Below, in pieces: positions 51,121-62,832 of a stretch of 64,000 nucleotides of DNA (within the stretch, counting starts at the first letter, position 1; each line of letters begins with the position of its first letter). Source of the DNA: a virus (taxonomy: Duplodnaviria > Caudoviricetes). Under the pieces are notes generated by a model. That model was not told where the DNA came from. It searched no databases and saw nothing but the letters and a program-made list of their open reading frames with translations. Where the stretch lies: positions 39,415 to 103,414 of the IMG/VR virus record IMGVR_UViG_3300028888_000078, one strand, 5' to 3'. Both the position numbers and the translations under genes were made by a program.

Positions 51121-53163
51121 TTAAAAGCTAAATACAGGTATGTTGTCTTGCACTACCTCTTCATCAGCATCCCAGTATCGCTAGCTGAATAAAGGTAATT
51201 CAAAGAGTTCAACCTATTTATTTTGTTCTTTTGCAGCGGACACTTTAACTTGATATAGTTCTTCTCTATATATCATAACCATACACATAGCTATAACACG
51301 GTCTACGTTTTTCTCACCGTCATTTTCTATTAGCTCTTCTATCAAAGGTTCGCTGTATATTCTTTCTAGATTGGGGTGTCCTTCTTCGTACTCTTCCATA
51401 AGCCATTCGAGAATCAAACCTTCTCCATACGCCCTAATCTATTTAGTCATGTGACAGCCTTTACGGCGCTGTACTCTACTGTCTTTAAAGACTTCCGTAA
51501 TTATTTTATCTGGCTAATCTGCAAGAAGATAATCGCAATGTTTGTTTGTGAAGTAAGGGTAAATACCCTTACGTTCATTCTCAAACAAAAGACGTGCATT
51601 ATAGAATATCAATAATTTACGCACGTTCTCATAATACTCTTCAGCAGTATCTGGTCTTCCTGTATACTCTGCAACTATTACATCATTCCACGCTTCTCCT
51701 GCTCTAACGCGTTTAAATATGAACGTCGATCCTAAGGAGTTAGTGAACGACTCGTCGTGATCATACGGGTCGCAACCGCCAATGTATAATCCAAATGGGG
51801 GATCTGTGATTGGGTATTCCCAGATAACTACTGATCCTCTTGGTTTGTCATCTTTCTTTAAGTGATAAGTAGTTATATCTCCAGATTTCTTTTCTACTGC
51901 TTCAACGCCGCCTTTACCATCCCATAAGAGATCTACAACATGCTTCATGTTCTAGAGCTTCTTATTGGTTCTAATGCGCGTTAATTGATCCATTAGTAAC
52001 TTTCTAGGGAATATGTTTCTTCCAAGCTCTAAGACGGCTTCTTGTGGTTTTAAAGGACGTTCTGAAATAAATCTATCTATAGATGTTTGTGTAGCACCTC
52101 CGTCTTTAACTTTGTTACGCTATGCCATCAATTCTTCTATAGATCGCTCTTTATCACTATTGCCATCCTTATCCATGAACTCAGGACCCATATTACTCCA
52201 TGCAGGAACAAAGAATCCACACTTAGTATTCTCCTATCCATCATCCCATATATTATCAAAAGATAATACATTGAACGCATCTGGTTTATAGAATAGATTC
52301 TTTAGACCATCAAAGCTACCACCTTCAGTACCGCCTGTACCAAAAGCGCAAAGCAGACCAAATGCTACACCATCATCCGTTTCTACAGCAGGTTGTTCAA
52401 CACGCCATGCTGTTTCTAAGTTGGGGAACTTACCACACTCCTCAAATAGCACTAGTTTACCACGAGTACCACGAAGACGTTCTGGGTCATTCTTTAGTGT
52501 AATACCTGTAATAGAGCTCAAGTATCCCTGTTCTGTCTACTTACCAAATTCATCAGTAACTTTATAACCAGATACACGCTCCATGCGGGTTGACGTTAGA
52601 CGTTGTTTAGACCATGCTGTGTGCTTGTCTACAAAGTCCATTATTTGCCAAGCCTTTGTAAGTAGTCCATCTCCTATAAGAAACTTCTGTTCGCTAGCCA
52701 CGGCGAAGTTCTTGCTTCCTGGAATGAGTTCGTAATTTCGTACCAACATTGAGGCTCCCTTAAAGGAATATCCTCTTTGTCTGCATTTAAGGGTTGCCAT
52801 GTGCTTACCTTGGTTTTCTGCTTCTTCTATCGCATTGAAGTAGTAATAATCGTAATCCCAGAAGTCGGGGAAGTTGAGTACACGTTCCCTCCTAGTACGT
52901 TCGTTTCCGTATCGGTCTGTGTACTTAGTCTCCTCCAACTTCATAATAGGACTATAGTTTAAGTAAAAATAATGGTAGCCTGTAATAGCATCGCCATCTG
53001 GTGCTACATATCCGTTTATGCACCTTTGTGTTTCTCTGTCCCAATATTGTATATAATCGGTCGTTCCACGCGGAGCCAGTGTATAACATCCATGTTCTTT
53101 AAAGAAAATTGCTGCTTCACGGAACTTTGAAGAATTTAAAATCTTTTTATTAAAGTCTACCAT
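51121..53163 (-). CDS. terL: Terminase large subunit (~680 aa, TAG=Gln)
   Basis: LKCRQRGYSFK (Walker A region), LVLFEECG (Walker B), FGTGG, GGCDPYD (nuclease), NVDRV; TAA 51121. Confidence 0.92.
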
Positions 53164-53173
53164 ATTTATATTA

Positions 53174-54784
53174 TTATACTGTATTTACAGTTGAATCATA
53201 GAATCCTGCAGCCATTGCTGATCTACCGTTTTTAGCAATAACCTGACTATTGTCGTTTGGATTAATCTCCCACAATCCTTCCAATGCAGTAAGTCTTTGT
53301 AATATACTTGTGAGATCCTGCTGTATATTAGTGATATCTCCCTCTATATTATCTATATCCTGCTCTATTTGTGTAGTATCACCACCGGTGTTTATGGTCT
53401 CAGATGTATTATCTTTATAAGTAAATGTCACAGTAGTACCGGATTGAGATACGTCAACAATAGGATTAGTAGTGTCTGAAGGTGTAGACGGAAGCTGTAC
53501 TTGAAGCGCATTAAAGTTTGTACCTGTAAGATGCAACACATTGCTAGAATCAACGGTCATTGTATCAGGATAGTGATCGTTGTCGGTAGTTTTCCACGTA
53601 GGAAGCTGAACTGTTACATCAGAAAGACCTCCGTTTCTAGTGAGGGTAAGTGTGTTTTCAGAAATGCTACCGCCAGTAACATAATGATCGTTATCTGTAG
53701 GTAATGTTACAGGAACAGTACTACCATCACTGTTTGTGATAGTAAGCGTATTACCATTAATTTCTGCGCTTACAGGATATGTATTAGCATCAGCCGGAAG
53801 TTGAATAGTAACCGGAGTGCCTCCATTTTCCCTAACAAGGGTTATTACACGTCCATCAATACTTCCACCAACAATATGGTTTGTTTCAGGCACAGGAATT
53901 GTAACTGTTGTATTATTGTTTCTAGTAAGTATGAGATTACCACCTGTATACTCTCCAGACTGTATATACAAATCACTATCAGGAATTGTTTTTGTTATAG
54001 TCTAACCATTCTCTTTTGTAAAGATGAGTGTATGATGATCATTTTGATCATAATCAACATTATTGATATGATTACCAGCAGCAACTTTAGTTTCGTATGT
54101 ATTACTTACTTCTGTCTTATAATTATTAAGGTTTGTAGTAAGATTAGTTATACTTTGACTAAGAGGATTGATCATATTGTCAATCTAAGTCTTAGTATAA
54201 TAGTTACTGGGGTTTAGAAAATCATTAAGATCAATGTCAATTATTCTGGGTTCATGATGAGTTTCTGTAGTAGGATCTACATTAAACGTTATTCTAAGTA
54301 TATGAGAATCTATCAAATCAACATCATCAACAAACCAATCTTTTATAAATGACTCTACCGGAATAGTAATATTATCTTGGAACACATCATCGTGATAGAA
54401 GTTTACAACAAGATTGTGGTTATCAAGAGTGTAGTTAACATTATTATAGTCTAGACTCTCTTTATTATAAAGATCTTCTATCTTATCATCGTGCTCTTCA
54501 TCCTTATCTGTAGAACGACTTATCTCTTCAGTAAGTTCACACTCTAGATTCGTGATTCTTTCGTTTACCTCTTCGCAACACTCCTCCATACGCTCCTCCA
54601 TACCGTCTAAGCGAATATTCGGATCATCTTCACACATCTGCTTCTTTCTGCAACAACAGCATCCGCAACCGCTTTTATCTTTACACATATCGCTGTTGCA
54701 TACCGAAGTGTATGTGATCTCCTGTGGAGTATCGTCATCGTGCGTGCCACATTGACAACACGTACAACAATTATTATTACACAT
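53174..54784 (-). CDS. Fibre-like protein with Cys-rich N-terminus and beta-repeat stalk (~536 aa, TAG=Gln)
   Basis: MCNNNCCTCCQCG..CGCCCC; repeated G..(L/I)TLTR.NG..V(T/Q)LP units; NYYTK repeats; C-terminal coiled coil. Confidence 0.7.
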
Positions 54785-54796
54785 AATCGATTATAT

Positions 54797-57700
54797 TTAA
54801 TTATTTAGTAGCTACTTTAATTCTGCAATCTAAGCCTGCAGAAGCTTTATTTCTTCTTTTAAACTTACAACTTCCTTTGCTAATGTTACATTGCTAGCAA
54901 CACTAAGTGCTGAATAGTCAAGTGATAGTGTTTTTATGTCATCATTTGCTTCTGATACTAACTCTGGAACCTTCTCTTTCCAATATTGTGCGCTTGTACC
55001 AACATGAACAAGATTATCTATATTTTTATCTTTCCATTTAAATAAAAATATAGGAGCCTCTGCTACGTCTTTTAGATTTATAGACATGTTTGACTATATA
55101 TCTTTCAAACGCAAATCAGAATTTGGCATAAACTGAGAAGCATGACATACTCCATTAATATCAACCTTTCCCTATGTTGGATTTTTTCCAATGCCAACAA
55201 TCGGACTACCTGATGCAATCACAACTGGCTCATCTTGATCACACTATATATAAAGAGGTCCTGGACCTCCTTCATCAGTACTCCTACCGTCTATATGTGT
55301 TGTATGTGTGTTTGGAGCAAGTAATCTGTTTTCAGCACTAATAGTACCGGCAACACTAAATATAATAGGCTATGAATCTATTGCGTTATTTATATAGATA
55401 GTTCTAGCCTATTCAGCAGCACCTGCTGAAAAGTCTCCGACAGCTATTTTAATATAACACGTTCTGAAACACATTCCAAAGTAGTCGGAATATACAGAAT
55501 GGAAATAATTAGTGCCTGATTCTTCTCTAAAGTCTATACCGTACCAAGGGTGTTTCTTGTTATAAGAATCTGTCCATGTATCAGAGAGCGATGCTCCAGT
55601 ATGAAAAAATCCTTTTGCATATACACCCCCATGATTAGGATTAACTTTTATATTTGTATTTTTTCTAGCACCTTCTGTACGATTAGTATCATCAGCAGTA
55701 CCACTAAATAGTAATCTATAAAAAGTATCTGTTGTAGTATTAGTCTAAGTTACAGCATTATTAGTATCTGCAGTTGGAGGAGTATAGCCAAGAGCATTAG
55801 TTACCATTGTCTTTGTTATACCTGTAATATACCCGGGACCATTGGTAAACTAATTTAAGTCTGTTGGTCTTCCAGATACATTTGTCCATGCAACAGAACC
55901 AGCACTATCAGCATATCCTGCTGATATTTTTTCCCAATCTGTTGAGAACCAAGATCCTTGATAAACTCTAAGAATTCTAAGATAAGTGTCACCATAACCC
56001 ATTTTCAAAACTGCTCCATATTTTACATCTCCAGAACTTGTGTTCGCTGAAGAAAATCCGAACAAATATGAATATTCAGTTCCGCTTGTATTATAAATGA
56101 AAGCACGTCTATTTGTTTTTGCAGTAGCTTTTGCCCAAGTCACATTATTTTGATCAACACTTACTTGTGTACTATATAATCCATCCGTTATTCCATACCC
56201 AGAAAGAGTCGTAGATTTTCCAGTTACATTTGCCCAAGCTACAGAACCAGCTGAACCTGTACAACTTCCATTAAATGTTCCAGATGTTATTGATGCAAGA
56301 GAACCTCCTTTTCCATCTCCAAAATTGTATTGAGTAATATTAGCAGAAGAGTTTCTACCTACAGATTGATAATTAAACCATAAACCTCCACTAAAAGAAT
56401 CTGGAATCATAGTTATTTCATTTCCAGAATGAACAAGATTATTAGCAGCAGCTCTATGAGCAAAAGTACTTGCATGTTCTGAATCCACTGTATCTGCATT
56501 ACCTGCACTGTTAGCATAGTTTGCTTTACTTTCTGCAGTTACTGTTGTCTGTAATGTTGTTAAAGATGATACGTTAGATATAGTAAACAAATCACTAAAA
56601 TTAGAAATTTGATTATGACCATTTGTAACATCATTAATGGAGACTCCTGTGTAATTGTCGCCATCAAAACCAACCCACAACTTAGTAGCAGCATCATATC
56701 CAAAATAAACATTAATTGTTTCTGTACCATTACCATCTCCTAGAATGCAAGCTTCTGGCTAGTACCAGTAATTTGATCCATATTGATAACCACTAATCAT
56801 TATCTTAGTTGCTCTATAACCTTGATATAACGTAACAGTAAAACACAACATCCAGGAAGTGGTAGAATTAATATTTATTTTAATTTTTGTTGTTGTATTA
56901 GTTGTACCATATCTAAATAATGGAATTTTAGTACTGTCTCTAGCACTACCATTTGCCAATGCTTTACCTTGTGCAGCAGAAAGAGAATCTGTTGTGGAGT
57001 CTGATGTAAGATTATTCTATATTCCACGCCATGTATTAGTATCTTGCGTAGGCGGGGTATAACCGAGTGCAGTAGTAACAAGATTTTTAGTAAGTGCTAA
57101 TGAAAATGTAGTACCACTTAAAGATAACCCTGAGCCAGCAGAATATTTTGTATTGTTGTCGGTCCAAGGAACATTAACATACATCTTCTCTCCGCTAAGC
57201 TATACTGCATAATTTCTATTTGCAGCATCTGTAGTAAATCCAATCTACACACCACCTCTAGTTCCACTAGCTGCTAATGGTAAAGAATAGTTATTTAATG
57301 ATACCCAAGTACCATCACCACGTAAGAACTAATGATATTGATCTTTAGTAGGTGCAGGCATATAACCAGCAGTTCCATTTGCAGAAGAAGTAGCTCCTTT
57401 CCAAGCAGTCCATGTATTAGCGTCATCTCCCCAATATAAAGCACCGTCACCATTAGCTCTGAGTATTTTATTTGCAGTAGATTTAGGAACATATCCTTCT
57501 TGAGAACTATTAGCAACTTTCCATGTATTTATCCACGGAACATCGACTGCAAGTCTTCCACTCTTATCTAGTTGTACAGCATAGAGCTTTCCACCAATAT
57601 CACTAGCGTTTTTAGTATATGATGCAAGGTTTGCTTTGATTGTGCCTGTAGTTGTTATATCACCACCAACAACACCATCCGTTGTGGATATTTTTGTAAC

Positions 57701-58822
57701 TCCACTAGATTTGACGTATCCAGCACTAGCATGATTACCCCATCCATAAGCAGTATCCCAATTGCTCTACTTTGCTGTAGTGGGTATAGAATATCCATTA
57801 GCAAAACTTAATGCCAATGTGCCAGTAGATGTAATCGGACTACCCGATATAGCTAACCCAGTAGGTACAGTCATAGCCACACTAGTAACACCGCTAGACT
57901 TAACATATCCTGCTTTGGCATGGTCCCCCCAACCATAAGCAGTGTGACCTTCAGAAGCATTAGACCTTATAGTAGATAAATCCGATATAGCTGGTTGATA
58001 TCCTGCTAAAGCATGATTACCCCAACCGTATGCTGTTTCTCCATGAGATGCGTTAGAGCGAATAGTTGATAAATCTGATATAGCATCCTACTTAGCATCC
58101 CACTCGTCTTGTTTTGCTGTAGTAGGAATAGCATAACCTAAAGCGTATGTAATAGCTAATGTACCGGATGTGGTTATAGGACTACCGGATACTTTTAATC
58201 CAGTAGGAACTGACAAACCTACAGACATTACAGTACCTTCAGGTTCATCACCAGATGGTATTAATATCCAATCCTATCCGTCTGATATAAAAGAGTCTCC
58301 TGGCTTAGCATCGATGCCATAATATGCACCGGCTGTTATTACTTTATATACAAAACCTACATTTTGTCTTGACGCTGCTGGTAAAGTTTGTATAGTACCA
58401 CCAACACCCAAAGAACCTTTAAATATCATAGGCTCAGGAAGCTCATCTATTGCTGTAAATACAGCTCCACTAGTTACAAGGTTGTTACTGCCATCTGTAA
58501 CAACTGTATCTATTATAGGCTTATTTTTAATGTAACTATCTGCAGTATCGTCATCTTCGCCCCAGTCAGATTGTACATTAACCTCAGCTCCTTCTTCAAT
58601 TCCTCTAAGTTTGTTCTTATATTCGTCTGTAAAGTCATTAGTAGAAAGAGATTTACCTGGTACACTATTCTATTTATCTTCTAAAACTTGTGTATTGTTA
58701 GTTATAGATTGATTTATGGTAGTTAACTTCTGTGTTAATACAGTACCTTGTTTATCTATTACTGATGACTCTTGTACAGATGTTTGTCTGGGGTCTTGGT
58801 GAAAATATCTTAATACTGCCAT
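54797..58822 (-). CDS. Tail fibre with C-terminal intramolecular chaperone (peptidase S74-like) (~1341 aa, TAG=Gln)
   Basis: LSTNDFTDEYKNKL..VNVQSDW..YIKNKP; ALGYTPP and SAGSVAW.NV motifs; SDLRLK..FKWK..GTSAQ..PELV..LSLDY then coiled coil; TAA 54797. Confidence 0.85.
57700..58240 (-). repeat. Protein-level internal repeats in the tail fibre
   Basis: 2x V.SV...VPTGL..SGSPIT..GTLA...A.GY.IPTTAKQ..WD; 2x AISDLSTIRSNAS; 3x TAYGWG(N/D)HA.AGY. Confidence 0.85.
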
Positions 58823-58829
58823 AATTTAA

Positions 58830-59618
58830 TTATTCTTGTGAAGGAATATCTAAACCAAATCTTTGTATATCCAATTGCTAATTCTTAGCTACTTCTGCAT
58901 CTGTTAATAGCCTATTATATATTCTTATAGAATATATTTTACCATTAAATGGATATTCTCCTGTACTACGCTATGCGCCAAGAATAGTTTTATCAGATTC
59001 ATCATACGCATATCCAGTATTATCCTATATATTAGTATATTGCCCATTTATAATTATGTCGCTAATTGGATTCACGACATGATCGGCAGAATGATGTCTC
59101 GAAGTAAACGTCATAGAATACGGCGGGTTATTATCAAATTTTGCGTCCAAAGAAGACCATTTGCCTCCACCGATCTATATACAATATTTACTTCCAGTGT
59201 TTCTAATATTTATCATCCCAAGATAATCAGCTCCTGGATATAAAACAAACTAAAAATCTGGATTATATGAATTTGCCTATATGCAGCATTCTATTGTCCA
59301 CGGACCATTATACACACTTGTATCGAAATCCAATTTTCCATTATATACGCACGGGCTGTTATTAAATTGTACATTATTACTATTTACAACAGCGTTTTGA
59401 TGCAGCTAAAATTGTACACCATCGATTAAGTCAGTCCAATAGCCAGAATTTGTACCTTTATCTACGCCATCTAATTGAAATACAAGCCCACTCTAAACGT
59501 AATCTCGCGGCCCAGGTCCTCCGTTCTGCCAAACAACCGTTTGCCCGGCATACACACGATCTACTTGCTAGTCGCCGACTTTTATGTTAGATATATCGGT
59601 ATTATTAATCTTAATCAT
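58830..59618 (-). CDS. LamG/concanavalin A-like lectin domain protein (~262 aa, TAG=Gln); absent from ORF track
   Basis: YVQSGLVFQLDG..YWTDL..PFNGKIYSIRIYNRLLTDAEV; N-terminal IKVGDQQVDRVYAGQTVVW. Confidence 0.75.
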
Positions 59619-60232
59619 TTTATAATATATATAGTTGATGGATCAATAGGATCAATGAGATCATACTACGCTTGTGTACCAACCCAGAACGTAGGTATTG
59701 GTGAAAGCAGTGTATCAACTTGAGTTTTGGTATAATAATTATTGGGATCGAATATATCTTCAAGCGGAATATTAATTGGATCTAATCCACTATCAGTGTT
59801 AAATGTTATTACAAGACATGTAACATATTCATCATCAATAAGTACATCTTGTATAGCAACACTATTTACCATACCGTCTTTAATAAAGTCTGTAGCATCA
59901 ATACTAGTATCAAGTAATACATTGTTTGTATTATAAAACTTAATAAGTTTATTTTGACTGTCATATGATGCTTTAGCTACAGATTCAGCTCTTAATATAG
60001 CTTCTGCAGCTCTAGCTGTCTAAATCTCGCTATTGAGATTATTCTCAGCCTTCTCTAATGTGTCGGATGCTGTAGTAGCGTCAGCTACAATAGTATCCAT
60101 AGTTTTGTTTGCATCCCAAAACTGAGCTGCGGGAAACCTACGTTTGTCGGTTACCACCGCAGTGGGAGTAATTTCTTTACGGAGATGTGATCCCCTGTCA
60201 TCAAGTTCTGTAAATAAAACTCTTTTCTCCAT
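59615..60232 (-). CDS. Fibre adaptor-like protein (~205 aa, TAG=Gln)
   Basis: IDATDFIKDGMV..LVITFNTDSG..NYYTK and C-terminal FWVGTQAQYDLI..DPSTIYII; ATGA overlap with LamG gene. Confidence 0.7.
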
Positions 60233-60240
60233 GTTGTATA

Positions 60241-60759
60241 TTATTTAACCATTTCGTAGAGGCCTATTATACCTCCACCTTTAACTTTACCAGTCTCCAA
60301 CTACTCGGCTTTAGCTTGTTTCATAGCTATATCTAGAGACTTAACAATATTACCAACATCTTTTAAGATACGTGTCACTTTAATAGCCGTATCAATATCC
60401 ATATTACCCTACGAGTAGTCATTTAGGGCAGCTATAAGCCCCTCTGCTGCAGTCTATGACGCTGTCAATAATCTTGTCCCAGGTGTCTCTTGGAACTCTA
60501 TGAAGCGTCTAGCAAGTTCTTTTACTTCTGCAGTAGGTACATATTTATCATCTTTAAATACATCTTTGGCTACAATAGCAGCCCGTTTATCTGCTGGGTA
60601 AGCTTCATACGGGCTGTTCCATTTGTGTAGCCAAATAATGTATTCGATTTCTTTCAACGCAATTGCTTTATCCTTAGCATTGTTATAATGCTCCCTAAAA
60701 GGGGGGATTGCAAGTTCGTCGGTAGATAGGCGAATTTTATCACCCTAGATATCGAACAT
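60241..60759 (-). CDS. Conserved crAss-type protein (~172 aa, TAG=Gln), possibly terminase small subunit
   Basis: MFDIQGDKI..LAIPPF..WNSPY..ETPGTRLL..KVKGGGIIGLYE; function inferred only weakly. Confidence 0.55.
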
Positions 60760-61144
60760 AGTGTTTAATTACTTTGCTGACCATTTTGTACATCTCTGAC
60801 ACTATGTGACCTATGATATAGGCAGCTTCTTCACTGTCTTCTGGTATACCATAATATTCGCACATATGTGACTGCACATGTTTAGCTTCGTGTGCTGCAG
60901 TATTTACAAACTCTTCAGCAGAAGTAGACTCTGAAATACATACAATACTCATTTTATAATCACTGTTACTGTATGTAAAACCTATATCACGCTTTTGTAA
61001 TACTTTAGCAATAGCGTCAATATCTTCTTCTGAACAATCTAACTGTACTAGAGAATCCTCTATCTCAGGTAGATCGTTGAAGTCTGCATTATATAGTACA
61101 AGTACTCTCCAGTACTTGCCTATCTTGATGTACTAGCTGGTCAT
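60740..61144 (-). CDS. Small zincin-like metalloprotease (~134 aa; TAG at codon 4)
   Basis: GFTYSN..NTAAHEAKHV (60878-60892)..SEEAAY; ATGA overlap upstream. Confidence 0.7.
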
Positions 61145-61560
61145 ATCATTTCTTCCCAGTTAATAACAATACCCTTTCGGCACATATCCGCATACCAACG
61201 ATTAAACACGATACCATCATAACCATCAACATCGTCTATTACATCTTTGATATACTTAGCAAGATGCATTTCGTCTGTTATACTAGAGCCTAAGTAATCT
61301 GCTTTACACATGTTGGCTACAAATACGTAGTCATAAAGCTGATTGTATTCTAAGTTGATATTGTTTATTCTAATGATATTATCAACTTGTTCTATAGTAT
61401 AAGGAACTATGGCTGTTTCTTTGCCATTGATTCCTTTCTTAGTCATCTTACTAGTAGCAAACTGTAATAACTTCTTATTGAAATGAGGACCGTTATATCG
61501 AAGATAATTAACCATTGCTTCCGGTTTGATGTCAAACTGGGTCAAATCTGTCTTATGCAT
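61141..61560 (-). CDS. Hypothetical phage protein (139 aa, no TAG)
   Basis: Intact ORF YLRYNGPHFNKKL..ANMCKADYLGSSI..FNRWYADM; fits the operon. Confidence 0.8.
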   Translation of the reverse strand: MHKTDLTQFDIKPEAMVNYLRYNGPHFNKKLLQFATSKMTKKGINGKETAIVPYTIEQVDNIIRINNINLEYNQLYDYVFVANMCKADYLGSSITDEMHLAKYIKDVIDDVDGYDGIVFNRWYADMCRKGIVINWEEMI

Positions 61561-61584
61561 AATAATAAATATTTAAGTTATACA

Positions 61585-61621
61585 AAAACAAATGGGGATC
61601 AAGTATCCCCTGACCCCCACT
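61585..61621 (-). terminator. Intrinsic terminator
   Basis: Minus strand TGGGGGTCAGGGGATACTTGATCCCCA followed by TTTGTTTTT. Confidence 0.65.
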
Positions 61622-61635
61622 GTTATTATCTTCGA

Positions 61636-61908
61636 TCAATAAGCATAACGATTATCCTCACGATAGTCATCGCGCATTCCTCGTTTATAGCCACCACGCA
61701 TAGAAGAGCGGTAACCGCTTCTAGATCCACGAAGACCCATGATACCTTTTGATATCTCGTCTTCATCGCCATGATCCTTCATAGCATCTTCAAGAACATC
61801 ATAAAGCTCACATAAAATCATCTTTTGATTCTTGTTGTGCTCAAACGACTCCTCGAGCAGGTTGAATACTTTATCAACGGCTGCTTCTTTAAATTCAATC
61901 ATCACCAT
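61636..61908 (-). CDS. Hypothetical protein (90 aa) with acidic helix and R/G/Y-rich tail
   Basis: Intact ORF; GLRGSRSGYRSSMRGGYKRGMR. Confidence 0.75.
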   Translation of the reverse strand: MVMIEFKEAAVDKVFNLLEESFEHNKNQKMILCELYDVLEDAMKDHGDEDEISKGIMGLRGSRSGYRSSMRGGYKRGMRDDYREDNRYAY

Positions 61909-61910
61909 AA

Positions 61911-62444
61911 TTATACTGTTTGGACGTTCTCAGTTCTAGTCAGGAGCCCTTCTATCTTTGAAAGAGTACCTTTAATAGATCCAAACTCGGTCTGTATTTT
62001 ATTTACCTGTGCTGTTAGATCTTCTATAGCACTATCCCTCTCTTGCTCTTTTGCATAAGTAGGATTAAGCTATTTGAGAATATCCTCACACGATTTTATA
62101 ATATCTTGATGATAATCTACGTTATCTAAGACGTTCTTACTACTCTAGAGCATACCATCGACTTCAGAGATCATAGCTTCTCTACTCTCACTGATTACTA
62201 TCTTGTTATACTCATGAATAGATGCATTAGCTGGTACACCAGAATATTCTAGTTTATCTGTGCCTACTTTTACGGCAACATCTACTATCTATTCCATATT
62301 AGTACCAAAGCTAACAGTAGGATTATAAGTGGCGTATCTAGGACGCGGCTGCGTCACACTTTCAACATACCCGATTTTTAACTCGGGTTTCTCCACCTTA
62401 TTTAATATATAAAGGGGAGCTCCTTGACGTAAAGCTGAAAACAT
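61911..62444 (-). CDS. Hypothetical protein (~177 aa, 3 TAG); absent from ORF track
   Basis: MFSALRQGAPLYILNK..beta region then coiled coil ..QLNPTYAKEQERDSAIEDL; TAA 61911. Confidence 0.75.
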
Positions 62445-62456
62445 AGTTAATTAATA

Positions 62457-62813
62457 TTAGTTAGAACTAGCAGCCATAGTAAGGAGCTGCATTAAGTTAG
62501 CATCTTTATCATAGTAGATCAGGTATACACCAGGACCTATAACATTTGCACCTGTAGCAGGATCGCCACCAGCAAGGGTGAGAGGTTGCGTAAAATCATT
62601 AGATGTAAATACTATAGGAAGATCTACTGATGCTTCTGGAATTACTTGGCAAAGCCTAAAAAGGATTACCCCTTTGTCATTAAGCCATCTGAATACTCTA
62701 TTGGGGAGAGCAATAGTAACGTTCTCAGTTGTAGCTGTAACGCCACTGCTCTCGATCATAGGTATACCACGGCGATTGGCAAAGTTAAAAGGATAATTAG
62801 TAGTACCAAACAT
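62457..62813 (-). CDS. Hypothetical small beta-rich protein (118 aa, no TAG)
   Basis: Intact ORF MFGTTNYPFNFANRRGIP..GVYLIYYDKDANLMQLL. Confidence 0.8.
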   Translation of the reverse strand: MFGTTNYPFNFANRRGIPMIESSGVTATTENVTIALPNRVFRWLNDKGVILFRLCQVIPEASVDLPIVFTSNDFTQPLTLAGGDPATGANVIGPGVYLIYYDKDANLMQLLTMAASSN

Positions 62814-62832
62814 AGTCTACCTCCTTTCTCAA

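Noticed and set aside
6706-53163. Introns or inteins in RNAP, MCP, portal or terminase
   Set aside because: Frames are continuous under code 15 and I saw no homing-endonuclease or intein splice motifs.
57700-58240. CRISPR array or DGR template/variable repeats
   Set aside because: Repeats are conserved as peptides with synonymous divergence; no constant repeat-spacer pattern, no adenine-specific differences, no reverse transcriptase in the window.
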